DNA of 32,727 bases, from sequence record SRR22947727_232; one strand, given 5' to 3'. The notes below the pieces were generated by a model that was not told the DNA's origin, did no database searches, and saw only the letters and a program-made list of their open reading frames with translations. Shown here one piece after another: positions 10,401-18,805 of the stretch. Position numbers and translations under genes: made by a program. Positions within the stretch are counted from its first letter, which is position 1. Each line of letters begins with the position of its first letter.

Positions 10401-11129
10401 AGATAAGAACTTCTTGATGTCATGAATATCTCTTTCGCCCGGTAAAAAAATTAAAATATCACCCTTGCTGCCCCCTGGAAGATCGTTGATGCTGGATAAT
10501 ATTGCGTCCTCAATATTTTCAACTACCTCTTTACTTATTTGTCTCAAAGGGCGATAAACAATATCGACTGGAAAGGTTCGACCTGAAACTTGAATAATCG
10601 GTGCTTGGTTAAAATGTTCAGAGAATTTGTCAACATCGATGGTTGCACTGGTAATAATAATTTTTAAATCCGGCCTTTTAGGTAAAAGATTTTTGATGTA
10701 GCCCAACAAAAAATCAATATTAAGACTTCTCTCATGCGCCTCATCAATAATCAATGTGTCGTATTGTAAAAGCTTGGGGTCTTTTTGAGTTTCGGCAAGT
10801 AAAATTCCATCGGTCATTACTTTGATAGATGTCCCTTTAGAGGTTTTGTCAGCAAACCTAACTTTAAAGCCGACCTGTTCTCCTAAATTCACTTCTAGTT
10901 CACTGGCAATTCTTGTCGCTACCGACCTTGCTGCTATCCTTCTTGGTTGCGTATGGCCGATAAATTTATCCCTACCCCTGCCCATGGAAAGACAAATTTT
11001 GGGAAGCTGTGTTGTTTTTCCAGAGCCGGTTTCACCGCAAAGGATTGTGATTTGATTATCAGCGATTGTCTTTTTTATTTTTTCAACTTGCTGACTGACC
11101 GGAAGCGAGGGTGGGTAATGAATATTCAT
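7452..11129 (-). CDS. hrpA: ATP-dependent RNA helicase HrpA
   Basis: GETGSGKTTQLPK, TQPRRIAA, DEAH, SAT, QRSGRCGR; C-terminal ELRVSLFAQEL; 1225 aa. Confidence 0.96.
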   Translation of the reverse strand: MNIHYPPSLPVSQQVEKIKKTIADNQITILCGETGSGKTTQLPKICLSMGRGRDKFIGHTQPRRIAARSVATRIASELEVNLGEQVGFKVRFADKTSKGTSIKVMTDGILLAETQKDPKLLQYDTLIIDEAHERSLNIDFLLGYIKNLLPKRPDLKIIITSATIDVDKFSEHFNQAPIIQVSGRTFPVDIVYRPLRQISKEVVENIEDAILSSINDLPGGSKGDILIFLPGERDIHDIKKFLSDQLKNRFEILPLFSRLPVKEQQKIFKQSTSRRIILTTNIAETSLTVPGIKYVIDVGLARIIRYNPRLKIEQLLIEKISQASANQRSGRCGRISPGVCIRLYDEEDFDLRPAFTDPEIMRTSLASVILKMASLHLGPVHEFPFLQPPINKFIQDGYQLLYELDAVDRDFKILPMGHELAKLPLDPSLGRILIESNKQSCLNEILIIISALSISDPRERPLDKSEKADQAHLLFHDPESGFMSFIKLWKLLDEKITIKSGKGLRNFCQQYFVSYTRIREWQELYKQLYEMTKELGFKVSKKEVTYEQIHLSLLSGLLGNIGTKIIDSYEYAGTRGIKFLIGPTLFRKKNYKWIMAAEIIDTGKLYAQCIAKIEVDWVERLSKHLVDYEYYSPRWNPKLNRVDTTQKTLLYGLVINANKTVHYGAINLEESRSIFIRQGLVENQYESSAPFWTHNQKLIDEVKQLEHKSRRQDILINDDILFDFYDSKISQEIMNGAGFEFWRKGVEKDAPQFLYLTKEYLMQKNADQIDDVQFPDQVNRNNINVNLNYHFEPNHRMDGLTATFPYHGLSQIKQESFDWLVPGMIREKVLNIFKLLPKPIRTQLTPLPKTITEFLVEADTKNNFNEELTNFIRKKTNSSFRVESSLVKKIPMHLKVNFTITDDEGVEIDTSKELAELQTAHKEKVTEVIEEVAFDIERNGLVFWPERDIPETVSAKRQDEIIVGYPALTPNESDVDLKVLDNESEAIALHKMGVRKLLTLQLKERIKVLKKTPPQFEQYGLALKTYIGADALKENFMEIVLNESMNWDQPIPRTKKAFEALAAYAKKRIGEVIIELSKSLTLIAENYHAISLALKKQNNLTSIFKEDIEEQLELLLPAYEPPLFVYDQLKNFPRYLTALKLRIEKFHQRQEKDTEALKGIRRLQDKWIEKVIHFVENDEAVPHMYVDFQYALQELRVSLFAQELKTLYPISLKRVEKQWHEMMLK

Positions 11130-11220
11130 AATATTATCATCAAATATATTTGATAATTTACATTATATTTCATATATAAATTATTGTTTATATTGTTATA
11201 TTTCATTATTATTTAAAAAA

Positions 11221-12030
11221 TTATATAATAAATTTAGGTTCTAATTCCTGCAGATTAAACAAACCTAAAATCTCTAAAATCCTTGCTTGCGCGTTCCCTT
11301 TTTTTACACCAACATACTCTGCAATGATTAATTCATTTTTCATGGAATGCTCCCAACCCACAAGTTCAGTCACCGTTAATTTGTAACCTTGTGACTCAAG
11401 CAAAAGGCACCTTAAAACATTTGTTAGGTGGCTGCCTAATTCTCTTGTATGAATTGGATGTCGCCAAAGCTCGGTAATGGAATCTTTGAGCGCAGTTGAT
11501 TTATTTTTTTTCATAATTCTAGCAACTTCTGCTTGGCAGCATGGGATCAGAAAAAAATATTTTGCGCGTCTTTTCAAACCAAAAAAAATAGCATCGTCGG
11601 TTGCAGTATCACAAGCATGCAACGCCGTCACCATATCAACATTCCCATCAATTAAATTTTCAGCGTCTGCTATAGCGCTGTTAATAAAATCCATACGATC
11701 AAATTTTAGTTTTTTTGCTAACGCTTTAGCATTTTCAACAAGCTCTTCTCTGGCATCAATACCAATCACTTTTCCTAAATTTTGTTTAATAAAAAGATCA
11801 TACAAAATAAAACCCAAATATGATTTGCCACAGCCATGATCAACAATCGAATATTGTTCATTTTCCTTGTTTAGTTTTTCTAAAATCGGTTCAATAAAGT
11901 TATATAAATGATAGACCTGCTTGAGCTTTCTTCTTGAATCCTGATTAATTTTTCCATCTCGGGTTAAAATATGTAAAGATTTGAGAAGCTCAGGCGACTG
12001 TTGCGGTTTCATTTCATCAAGTATTTGCAT
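11221..12030 (-). CDS. Class I SAM-dependent methyltransferase (Methyltransf_32-like)
   Basis: DHGCGKSYLGF motif I, ALHACDTATD, PCCQ, EHSMKNELI. Confidence 0.85.
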   Translation of the reverse strand: MQILDEMKPQQSPELLKSLHILTRDGKINQDSRRKLKQVYHLYNFIEPILEKLNKENEQYSIVDHGCGKSYLGFILYDLFIKQNLGKVIGIDAREELVENAKALAKKLKFDRMDFINSAIADAENLIDGNVDMVTALHACDTATDDAIFFGLKRRAKYFFLIPCCQAEVARIMKKNKSTALKDSITELWRHPIHTRELGSHLTNVLRCLLLESQGYKLTVTELVGWEHSMKNELIIAEYVGVKKGNAQARILEILGLFNLQELEPKFII

Positions 12031-12109
12031 AGTTGATAGTTTACCTCAATCTCAATTCACTCATGATGAATTAGAGCAAAGGTATGACTAAAAAAATAAA
12101 GGTAGAGTT

Positions 12110-12973
12110 ATGAGTATTCAGTGGTTTCCAGGTCATATGACCGCAGCAAAAAATAATGCAGAAAAGGCAATGGAGATCAACGATGTAATCGTTGAGGTCC
12201 TTGATGCAAGAATTCCTGGAAGCTCGGTCAACCCAATTATTAAAAATATTCGGGCGGCTAGACAAAGACCTCACCTTAAAATTCTTAATAAATCAGATTT
12301 AGCAGATCCTGAAATCACAAAACATTGGCTTGATTATTTTAATAATCAACCCAAAACTCAAGCCATTACAGTCTCTGCAAAAAATAAAAATGATATAAAG
12401 CAGATAATTCCGCAATGTCAAAAGCTTGCGCCTCATCGAGACTCTGCTATCAAGCCTTTAAGAATCATGATAATGGGAGTTCCTAACGTAGGTAAGTCCA
12501 CTATCATCAACGCACTGCATCACAAAAAAATTGCTAAGGTAGGTGATATCCCAGCAGTTACAAAGAGTCAGCAAAGAATCGAAATAAATAAAGAGACCAT
12601 TTTGACTGATACGCCAGGAATGATGTGGCCTAAAATCAGCTATGAGCTTGATGGATTTTTTTTAGCAGCCTCAAATAATATCGGGGCAAATGCCTATGAC
12701 GAAATTGAAACAGCCCTCGAGTTGGCTGATGTCATTAAACTGAGATATCCAGAATCAATAACGAAAAAGTATGGGCTTGAATCACCCTTCCCTGATGATG
12801 AATTATTTTTAGAGAGCATCGCAAAGCAACGTGGGTTTGTTTTAAAAAAAGGTAAGTCAAACCTTGAAAAAGCTGCCATTAGTTTTATTAATGATTATAG
12901 GCAAGGGCTGTTAGGTAAAATTAGTTTAGAAACACCCGCTTCAAGAGAAAAAATGATTAAAGGAAATGTTTAA
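12110..12973 (+). CDS. ylqF: Ribosome biogenesis GTPase YlqF/RbgA
   Basis: IQWFPGHM N-terminus; circularly permuted order NKSD (G4), GVPNVGKS (G1), DTPG (G3). Confidence 0.95.
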   Translation: MSIQWFPGHMTAAKNNAEKAMEINDVIVEVLDARIPGSSVNPIIKNIRAARQRPHLKILNKSDLADPEITKHWLDYFNNQPKTQAITVSAKNKNDIKQIIPQCQKLAPHRDSAIKPLRIMIMGVPNVGKSTIINALHHKKIAKVGDIPAVTKSQQRIEINKETILTDTPGMMWPKISYELDGFFLAASNNIGANAYDEIETALELADVIKLRYPESITKKYGLESPFPDDELFLESIAKQRGFVLKKGKSNLEKAAISFINDYRQGLLGKISLETPASREKMIKGNV

Positions 12974-13662
12974 TTGGCCAATGTCCATGTTTCTTTTGAA
13001 ATCAATCTTTTGGATGGAACACAACCGTATTTAGTAAAGACTTGTTTTAGTAATTTACTGTCCTTTAAATCAAACCAGGTTTCAACGTAAATCTCTCCCA
13101 TCGAGTTGGAAAAATTCATACCTGGCTGTGTCATCTGACAGTTTGTGGTGCTGGTAGGTCGAGATCCCCATAATTTAGTGAATAATGCCTTATGTGAGCG
13201 GCCATTGATCTGTAAATTTTCAACACGCTCTGCCTTAAATTTAAAGATCCAATCATAATCACTAAAATCAGGATGTCTGCCCTCGTCATTGATAATCTTT
13301 TTGGTTTCAAAGCCAACAGGATAATTTTTAACCTGGATATGCCTTGCAAACACACTGTAGCCTTTTTTTTGATTTCCCTCGACAATGTCATAAAGTACCA
13401 AGCCATTTTTTATTTCTTTTTTTTGAATAAAGTCATCAGTAATACTTGATTTAAAAAAACCGCCTTTCCAATTTATATTGACGTGTGCATACTCAAAAGT
13501 AGTTGCATTATCTTTATGGGTCCGAAAAGTCACATCACCTTCTGCATCATCCCTGTCACCAAGGCTGTCATGTTCATAGTTATATTTTAAATCCTCAGAA
13601 GCGCTTATAGATAAAGATAAAAGAAGACTAATTACAATTAAACATTGTTTTAAAAAAGCCAT
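12970..13662 (-). CDS. Hypothetical exported protein
   Basis: 230-aa ORF with signal peptide (...LSISA/SE); beta-rich; no motif recognised. Confidence 0.7.
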   Translation of the reverse strand: MAFLKQCLIVISLLLSLSISASEDLKYNYEHDSLGDRDDAEGDVTFRTHKDNATTFEYAHVNINWKGGFFKSSITDDFIQKKEIKNGLVLYDIVEGNQKKGYSVFARHIQVKNYPVGFETKKIINDEGRHPDFSDYDWIFKFKAERVENLQINGRSHKALFTKLWGSRPTSTTNCQMTQPGMNFSNSMGEIYVETWFDLKDSKLLKQVFTKYGCVPSKRLISKETWTLAN

Positions 13663-13663
13663 A

Positions 13664-13945
13664 TTATTCCTTTATAAATTGAGTTATGCCTAAGCAACCC
13701 TCTGGATCCATGCAAGGCCAATCTGACTGCTCGCCACATGAATTCAGTGGAATCATAGATTCTTTTACACAGTATTTATTACCATCAATTAGATCGTATG
13801 AGTCGCATGCTAAGTTAATCGCAAAATAGTTTTCTGAAGACAATTTAAGCTCCTCGCTTTTCGATGCATGGGCAAAATTCAGAAAAAAAATTATCCAAAA
13901 GTGAGCGATTATTTTTATTAGATATTTGCATTTCAAATAAGTCAT
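13664..13945 (-). CDS. Small Cys-rich exported hypothetical protein
   Basis: Signal-like segment ending AHA; five Cys in mature part; 1-nt gap to next gene; start uncertain. Confidence 0.55.
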   Translation of the reverse strand: MTYLKCKYLIKIIAHFWIIFFLNFAHASKSEELKLSSENYFAINLACDSYDLIDGNKYCVKESMIPLNSCGEQSDWPCMDPEGCLGITQFIKE

Positions 13946-13987
13946 AAATGAAATATTAGATGAAAACTTACAATTAGGGAATAAAGC

Positions 13988-14728
13988 TTAGTAACGTCTT
14001 TTTTTCAACCAAATCCAAATACCTGAAATTGAGAGCAATAATAAAAAGATTGCGATAAGATCCAAAAACCACTTTCCAACATTTTTAATAATGTTTCCAT
14101 TATGAAGGTCTAAAAAAAATTGCTCCAATGAAACGCCTTTTCCTGAAAAATAGGACTCGACTTGTTTAATTTTTTCATCAGGCATGAAGGCCTCCCTGCT
14201 CCAATCATTAAAAGCTGCATCAGTCAGCGCCCATGTTTGAGCTTGATCACTAGACTCCCATATTTGATTATTCGCCTTAAGGTAAATAATATCCTCCGAT
14301 GCCCCGAGCTTTTCAATATTTTCTGGGATTCCTGCTGCGGAAGTCACTCTCTCGATTAACTCTCCCTCTTGAGTTAGTAAAACCATCTCATTTTGGAAGG
14401 CGATGAATAAAATCTGTTGAGAAAAAACTGACCCTATGATGGGCTCTTCACTTTTTACGACAGGTTGATTTTCTATAAAAACTTGGTCGCCAAACCTTGA
14501 TATAAAATTATTGTCTACCGAAAAAGATTCTGCCTTATTTGGTATTGAAATGTTGTACAAAGCTAGGATTATGGGTGAGGCGGTGTATTTTTCATCCAAG
14601 CTTAAATCTTCTGTGTGATTTAGAAATATGCCTGTGATTGACAAATGAATCAAAAAAACACACACAGCAATGCCTGTGAATTTATGAATTTGATTAATCG
14701 ACTTCTTGGTAATTCTTATTTTTTTCAT
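13988..14728 (-). CDS. PepSY-associated TM-helix membrane protein (putative heme-binding ferric reductase component)
   Basis: HKFTG...LSITGIFLNH near N-terminus, DLHNG and SGIWIW near C-terminus; 4-nt overlap with upstream gene. Confidence 0.85.
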   Translation of the reverse strand: MKKIRITKKSINQIHKFTGIAVCVFLIHLSITGIFLNHTEDLSLDEKYTASPIILALYNISIPNKAESFSVDNNFISRFGDQVFIENQPVVKSEEPIIGSVFSQQILFIAFQNEMVLLTQEGELIERVTSAAGIPENIEKLGASEDIIYLKANNQIWESSDQAQTWALTDAAFNDWSREAFMPDEKIKQVESYFSGKGVSLEQFFLDLHNGNIIKNVGKWFLDLIAIFLLLLSISGIWIWLKKRRY

Positions 14729-15237
14729 TTATTTTTTAAATGTTCATTAAGGTAAAGTGATAGTTCAGCTATGGATGTCATTGCCCAAACAGATAAAGTA
14801 GCGCCAGAAATCCCATCAATATTTCGATCTAACTTCATTTCATCCAAACTCGCCCCAATAAACTGTTTTGTAAACGCTGGGTACCTTACTTCCCAACCCC
14901 GTATCTCTCTGAATTCTAAAACCTTTATCATTTGTATTTTACTGTCTTTTATCACCACCCCAAAGGTAATGGGCTCTGTTTTTCCTATTTCCTCTAAAAT
15001 CCATGCAGTTTTATCATCCTTATTCCAATACCGAATTCTTAACGAAGCATAAGGGTGCCCTAATATTTTCTCAACAGATTTTCTTAAATCACCCAACAGC
15101 ATAATGGATTTACTTTTCGGTGGGCTGTTGTCATAAACTTCTGCTAAGAAATCTTTATCTGTTTGATAAATGCCTCGTGCATGCAGAGATGATGCTAATA
15201 ATAAAGTTATTAACATCATCCATTTCAAGGAAAGCAT
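14725..15237 (-). CDS. Periplasmic FMN-binding (flavinylation) domain protein
   Basis: Signal peptide; IDGISGATLS matches the [S/T]GA[S/T] flavinylation motif. Confidence 0.88.
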   Translation of the reverse strand: MLSLKWMMLITLLLASSLHARGIYQTDKDFLAEVYDNSPPKSKSIMLLGDLRKSVEKILGHPYASLRIRYWNKDDKTAWILEEIGKTEPITFGVVIKDSKIQMIKVLEFREIRGWEVRYPAFTKQFIGASLDEMKLDRNIDGISGATLSVWAMTSIAELSLYLNEHLKNK

Positions 15238-15257
15238 AAATTTTTTATTTAAATTAT

Positions 15258-15386
15258 CTATAAATGGTCTTCTTTCTTTTGTTGTATCAATTTCACAGCA
15301 TAACCTAATTCATCTTTCCATAGACTTTCGCTTTTTTGAATTTCTTTTAAAAGCCATAGTAAGTAATTTTTATCTAACGCCGTCAT
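15258..15386 (-). CDS. Putative 42-aa small protein (MTALDKNYLLWLLKEIQKSESLWKDELGYAVKLIQQKKEDHL)
   Basis: Hand-translated ATG..TAG ORF filling the gap between porin and FMN-binding gene; weak GAGAA RBS; below the ORF-track cutoff. Confidence 0.45.
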   Translation of the reverse strand: MTALDKNYLLWLLKEIQKSESLWKDELGYAVKLIQQKKEDHL

Positions 15387-15412
15387 TTTATTCTCAATTT
15401 AATTTACGCAAA

Positions 15413-16651
15413 CTAAAACTGATATCCAAGCCCTACATTGAGGCCATCAAGTTCTTTATCTACACCTGAACCTACATCTTGGATTTGGTAGTCAACTTTC
15501 ACAACCACATCTTTATCAACCCACCAGTTTAAGCCTATATCATATTGTTGTGTCTCGTTATCTGTTGCAGACGCGCTGCCAGCTACATTATCGAAATAAC
15601 TGTATCGAGTAAATGCCCCTAAATCTTCACCATAAATGCTAAATCGGTATGAAGGTTCAACATAGTAGCCATACTGTTTATCCTGGCCTAAAGACTTTAC
15701 AGTTGATCCTTCTATATCCCAAGTTGCATACAAAGCCCTCAACCCAAATTGATCTCTATTATAAATAATGTGTGCTTCATAAAGCGTTGCAGAACCTACT
15801 CCCTCAATAGCGTCTTGAGAAAAATTGTCCTGATAGTTAATTGTTCCAGCTAACTCAAGGCCGGGGATAGCGGTATATTTTAAACGTCCTGTATATGCTA
15901 ATTTACGTGCGTCTGCCTTACCAACCTTTTGTCGACCATCCCTAACATTGAAATCTGTATCACTTTCGGCTTTAAGGCCAGAAGTTACGGCCAAATCTAA
16001 ACCGAGTCCATCCATAACCTCATGTTGCACCATTGCACCGCCTTCCCACCAGGTTGAAGGCACAATATATTTCTCAACATTATTTCTTTCAACGCCATAA
16101 AAAGTTGGTGGTTCATGGGTTTCGTTTAATATACCCACTGGCATGATAAATAACCCACCCACTAAACTTGTTGTATTAGTCAGATCATATTGGACATAGG
16201 CTTGCTCAAGCTCTACTTCACCCACCTGATCATCACCAGAAACACTGTGCTCTAATTCAAGCTCTGACACAAACCTTAACTTATCGTTATATTCATGATT
16301 GATGAATAATACAAAACGATGAAAATCTATTTCATGCTTGTTGCTCTGACCTTTTTGATCCCTTAGATTGTTATAGTGCAATTCACCATAACCACCGATC
16401 GTTGTTTTGTTTGACAGCTTCACTTGCGCTTTAATTGCCTCATCCGTTGCAACAGCAACATCTTCCACAGAGCCTGCAACATCCTCAACCTCACCTTTGA
16501 GGGATTCGTTTTCTTTCCTAAGCTCTGCTATTTCTTCTTTCATTTCTTTCATCATTTGCATGATCTCTTCGTTGGTTGGGGTATTCGCCATTGCTGAAAC
16601 GCTGAATGCGGAAAGAACCGTTAGCGCTAAAACTTTTTTCTTTAAATCCAT
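15413..16651 (-). CDS. Outer-membrane porin (OprO/P-like fold) with N-terminal coiled coil
   Basis: Signal peptide, heptad segment, IGGYGELHY, ELELEH, ELEQAY, HEP; terminal GLGYQF. Confidence 0.82.
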   Translation of the reverse strand: MDLKKKVLALTVLSAFSVSAMANTPTNEEIMQMMKEMKEEIAELRKENESLKGEVEDVAGSVEDVAVATDEAIKAQVKLSNKTTIGGYGELHYNNLRDQKGQSNKHEIDFHRFVLFINHEYNDKLRFVSELELEHSVSGDDQVGEVELEQAYVQYDLTNTTSLVGGLFIMPVGILNETHEPPTFYGVERNNVEKYIVPSTWWEGGAMVQHEVMDGLGLDLAVTSGLKAESDTDFNVRDGRQKVGKADARKLAYTGRLKYTAIPGLELAGTINYQDNFSQDAIEGVGSATLYEAHIIYNRDQFGLRALYATWDIEGSTVKSLGQDKQYGYYVEPSYRFSIYGEDLGAFTRYSYFDNVAGSASATDNETQQYDIGLNWWVDKDVVVKVDYQIQDVGSGVDKELDGLNVGLGYQF

Positions 16652-16684
16652 TTTCTGTAAACTCCTAAAACTTAAGTTAATCTT

Positions 16685-16726
16685 AATGAGAATTATTTAC
16701 GATTGTAAATGAGAATCATTCTCATT
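16685..16726. promoter_or_regulatory. Tandem Fur-box-like operators upstream of the porin operon
   Basis: Perfect 9-1-9 inverted repeat AATGAGAAT-C-ATTCTCATT at 16708-16726 plus a degenerate copy AATGAGAATTATTT from 16685; resembles the Fur consensus AATGATAATCATT. Confidence 0.85.
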
Positions 16727-16857
16727 ACAAGGATTAATTTTATTCTAAAAAATAATTTAATTAAGAAGTATAAGAGTAAGAAGGAAGTGGATAAGTATGA
16801 GATCTTATAGCTATCTGCAGACCGAAAGAGAGGATTGTAGACCTTTCTAAAAATTAA

Positions 16858-17682
16858 TTAATCATAAAGTTTTCTTTGTTTAGCGTATGCACAATTTTCA
16901 CAGCTAATATGGCTTTCAGGGAGTGTATTGGAGTTTAGGCAATCAATCATATTATTCACTTCACGATCAATCCATGAAAAATCATGCTCATAGGGGATGA
17001 GTGTTTCAGAAAACTTCATTTCCCCATAAAATCGTTCGGCCTGCCTGTCTGCATTGACGACAAGAAAGTAAGAGATTTTCCCTGTTTTAAAACCCATCAA
17101 GTTAAGTAAGTAATTATAAAAATCCATCTGAATTTTATAGCCCTCATGGTAAGGAGAACTTAAGTAAGAGTTTGGGTTGACCTCATAATTACTGGCCTGA
17201 GATTTGTAATCCACAACAATCAGCTCTTCTGATTGGGTATCAAACCATATGTCATCCACACCCCCTGAGAGGATGATGTTAGAGTCATCGTATCTCGCCA
17301 TCAAACCCTTTCTTAATGAGTCTCGCCAATCGTCCATGGCTTCATGCTTGAAAGGCACCACATGGTCTAAGCCGTATTTGGCAAAGAGACGGTGAGGAAT
17401 TTGCTGCTCACGGCAAATATCAAATTCTTTTTTTAATAAAAGATCTGTTGTTTCATTTAATGTCCAGCCTGGCATACCGGGCTCGGCTAAACCAATCACT
17501 CTGTCAAGATAGAAACATCGGGGACAAGTGATGAAGGTACTAAATTTACCTCGACTAATTTTAAAGTCATCCAATTGTCCGGGGGTATAAATCGAAGAGG
17601 CTCTACTTCGTATTCCCTTTGCCTCAACTAATTCTAATTTGCTGTTTCTTTTTAAGCTGACCATATGTAAAAAAACTCCCAT
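16858..17682 (-). CDS. PD-(D/E)XK nuclease family protein (AddB/Cas4-like)
   Basis: ISRGKF..F..CPRCFY, GGVDD, VVDYKS, QMDFY, C-terminal CENC. Confidence 0.85.
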   Translation of the reverse strand: MGVFLHMVSLKRNSKLELVEAKGIRSRASSIYTPGQLDDFKISRGKFSTFITCPRCFYLDRVIGLAEPGMPGWTLNETTDLLLKKEFDICREQQIPHRLFAKYGLDHVVPFKHEAMDDWRDSLRKGLMARYDDSNIILSGGVDDIWFDTQSEELIVVDYKSQASNYEVNPNSYLSSPYHEGYKIQMDFYNYLLNLMGFKTGKISYFLVVNADRQAERFYGEMKFSETLIPYEHDFSWIDREVNNMIDCLNSNTLPESHISCENCAYAKQRKLYD

Positions 17683-17777
17683 TTATTAACTATTATTTGC
17701 TCCTATCAATCTTATCAATAAAAGATATAAATTTGTTAAAACTGAACTTTTAAAATGATTGCTTTGTCACATCAATC

Positions 17778-17832
17778 TACTGATAGGGTAAGACGTAAAC
17801 CTCCTGTTGATTAAACAACGCTCCTATCAGTA
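17778..17832 (+). other. Inverted-repeat element, candidate structured RNA or operator, upstream of msrP
   Basis: TACTGATAGG (17778-17787) and CCTATCAGTA (17823-17832) form a perfect 10-bp IR enclosing a GTTG-ATTAAA-CAAC hairpin. Confidence 0.5.
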
Positions 17833-17866
17833 CTTGTGTTAAATTAATTTTTTTATTAGGCGAGAT

Positions 17867-18805
17867 ATGAGTTTTAAAAATCCAATCCGTCCCTCTGAGA
17901 TCACCCCTGAACATATTTATAACGATAGAAGAAAATTTCTTAAATCAATTGCTATCGGTCTGGGCGCCACTGCATTATCCTCCATGGCCTTTGCTAAAGT
18001 TCGATCCTTAGATAATATTGTTGATAGTGGCCTATCTATTGGTGATAAAAAAACTTCTTTTAAGGACATCACGACTTATAACAACTACTATGAGTTTGGG
18101 ACTAAGAAAACTGACCCGAGTGAGTATGCAGATAAATTAACCACTGACCCATGGTCGGTTAGTATTGACGGCGCTGTTAAAAAAAATAAAGTGCTATCCA
18201 TAGATGAAATTATCAAACTTAGCTCCCTTGAAGAAAGAATATATCGTCTCCGTTGTGTTGAAGGCTGGTCGATGGTTATCCCTTGGGTTGGCATTCCATT
18301 AAGGTCATTGCTTAAACATGTCTCTCCCACCAATAACGCAAAATTTGTTCAGTTCACAACACTAAATAGACCCAGTGAGATGATAGGACAGCGATACAAA
18401 GTATTAGACTGGCCCTATGTGGAAGGCTTGAGAATGGATGAGGCCATGCACCCGCTCACAATCTTAGCCGTTGGACTCTATGGAAAAGTGTTGCCCAATC
18501 AAAATGGTGCGCCTATTAGATTGGTTGTGCCATGGAAGTATGGCTTCAAGAGCACCAAAGCAATTACCAAAATTTCATTAGTTGAAAAAATGCCAAAAAC
18601 TAGCTGGATGAAGGCAGGTCCAACTGAGTATGGTTTTTACGCAAACGTAAACCCTAAAGTGGATCACCCCAGGTGGACGCAGGCAACAGAAAGAGAAATT
18701 GGTAAAGGCTTATTCGCCCCTAGGGTCAAGACTAAAATGTTCAACGGCTATGAAAAAGAAGTGGGGTACATGTACAAAAATATGGATCTAAAAAAATATT
18801 TTTAA
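17867..18805 (+). CDS. msrP: Protein-methionine-sulfoxide reductase catalytic subunit MsrP (YedY)
   Basis: SEITPE, Tat motif RRKFLK, YNNYYEFG, RCVEGWSMVIPW, NGAPIRLVVPWKYGFKS. Confidence 0.97.
   Translation: MSFKNPIRPSEITPEHIYNDRRKFLKSIAIGLGATALSSMAFAKVRSLDNIVDSGLSIGDKKTSFKDITTYNNYYEFGTKKTDPSEYADKLTTDPWSVSIDGAVKKNKVLSIDEIIKLSSLEERIYRLRCVEGWSMVIPWVGIPLRSLLKHVSPTNNAKFVQFTTLNRPSEMIGQRYKVLDWPYVEGLRMDEAMHPLTILAVGLYGKVLPNQNGAPIRLVVPWKYGFKSTKAITKISLVEKMPKTSWMKAGPTEYGFYANVNPKVDHPRWTQATEREIGKGLFAPRVKTKMFNGYEKEVGYMYKNMDLKKYF

Noticed and set aside
12110-12973. ylqF/rbgA in a Gram-negative context as a possible transfer
   Set aside because: The family occurs in many proteobacteria even though E. coli lacks it
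15170-15469. 99-aa plus-strand ORF across the porin/FMN gap
   Set aside because: Overlaps both flanking genes antisense; the minus-strand 42-aa ORF fits the operon better
16448-16489. VEDVAGS/VEDVAVA heptad duplication in the porin coiled coil
   Set aside because: Single diverged 21-nt duplication, ordinary for coiled coils
16815-16842. Weak hairpin TCTGCAGACC...GGATTGTAGA downstream of the nuclease
   Set aside because: Needs G-U pairs on the non-transcribed strand and has no U-tract
16858-17682. CRISPR-Cas locus suggested by the Cas4-like gene
   Set aside because: No repeat-spacer array or other cas genes in the window
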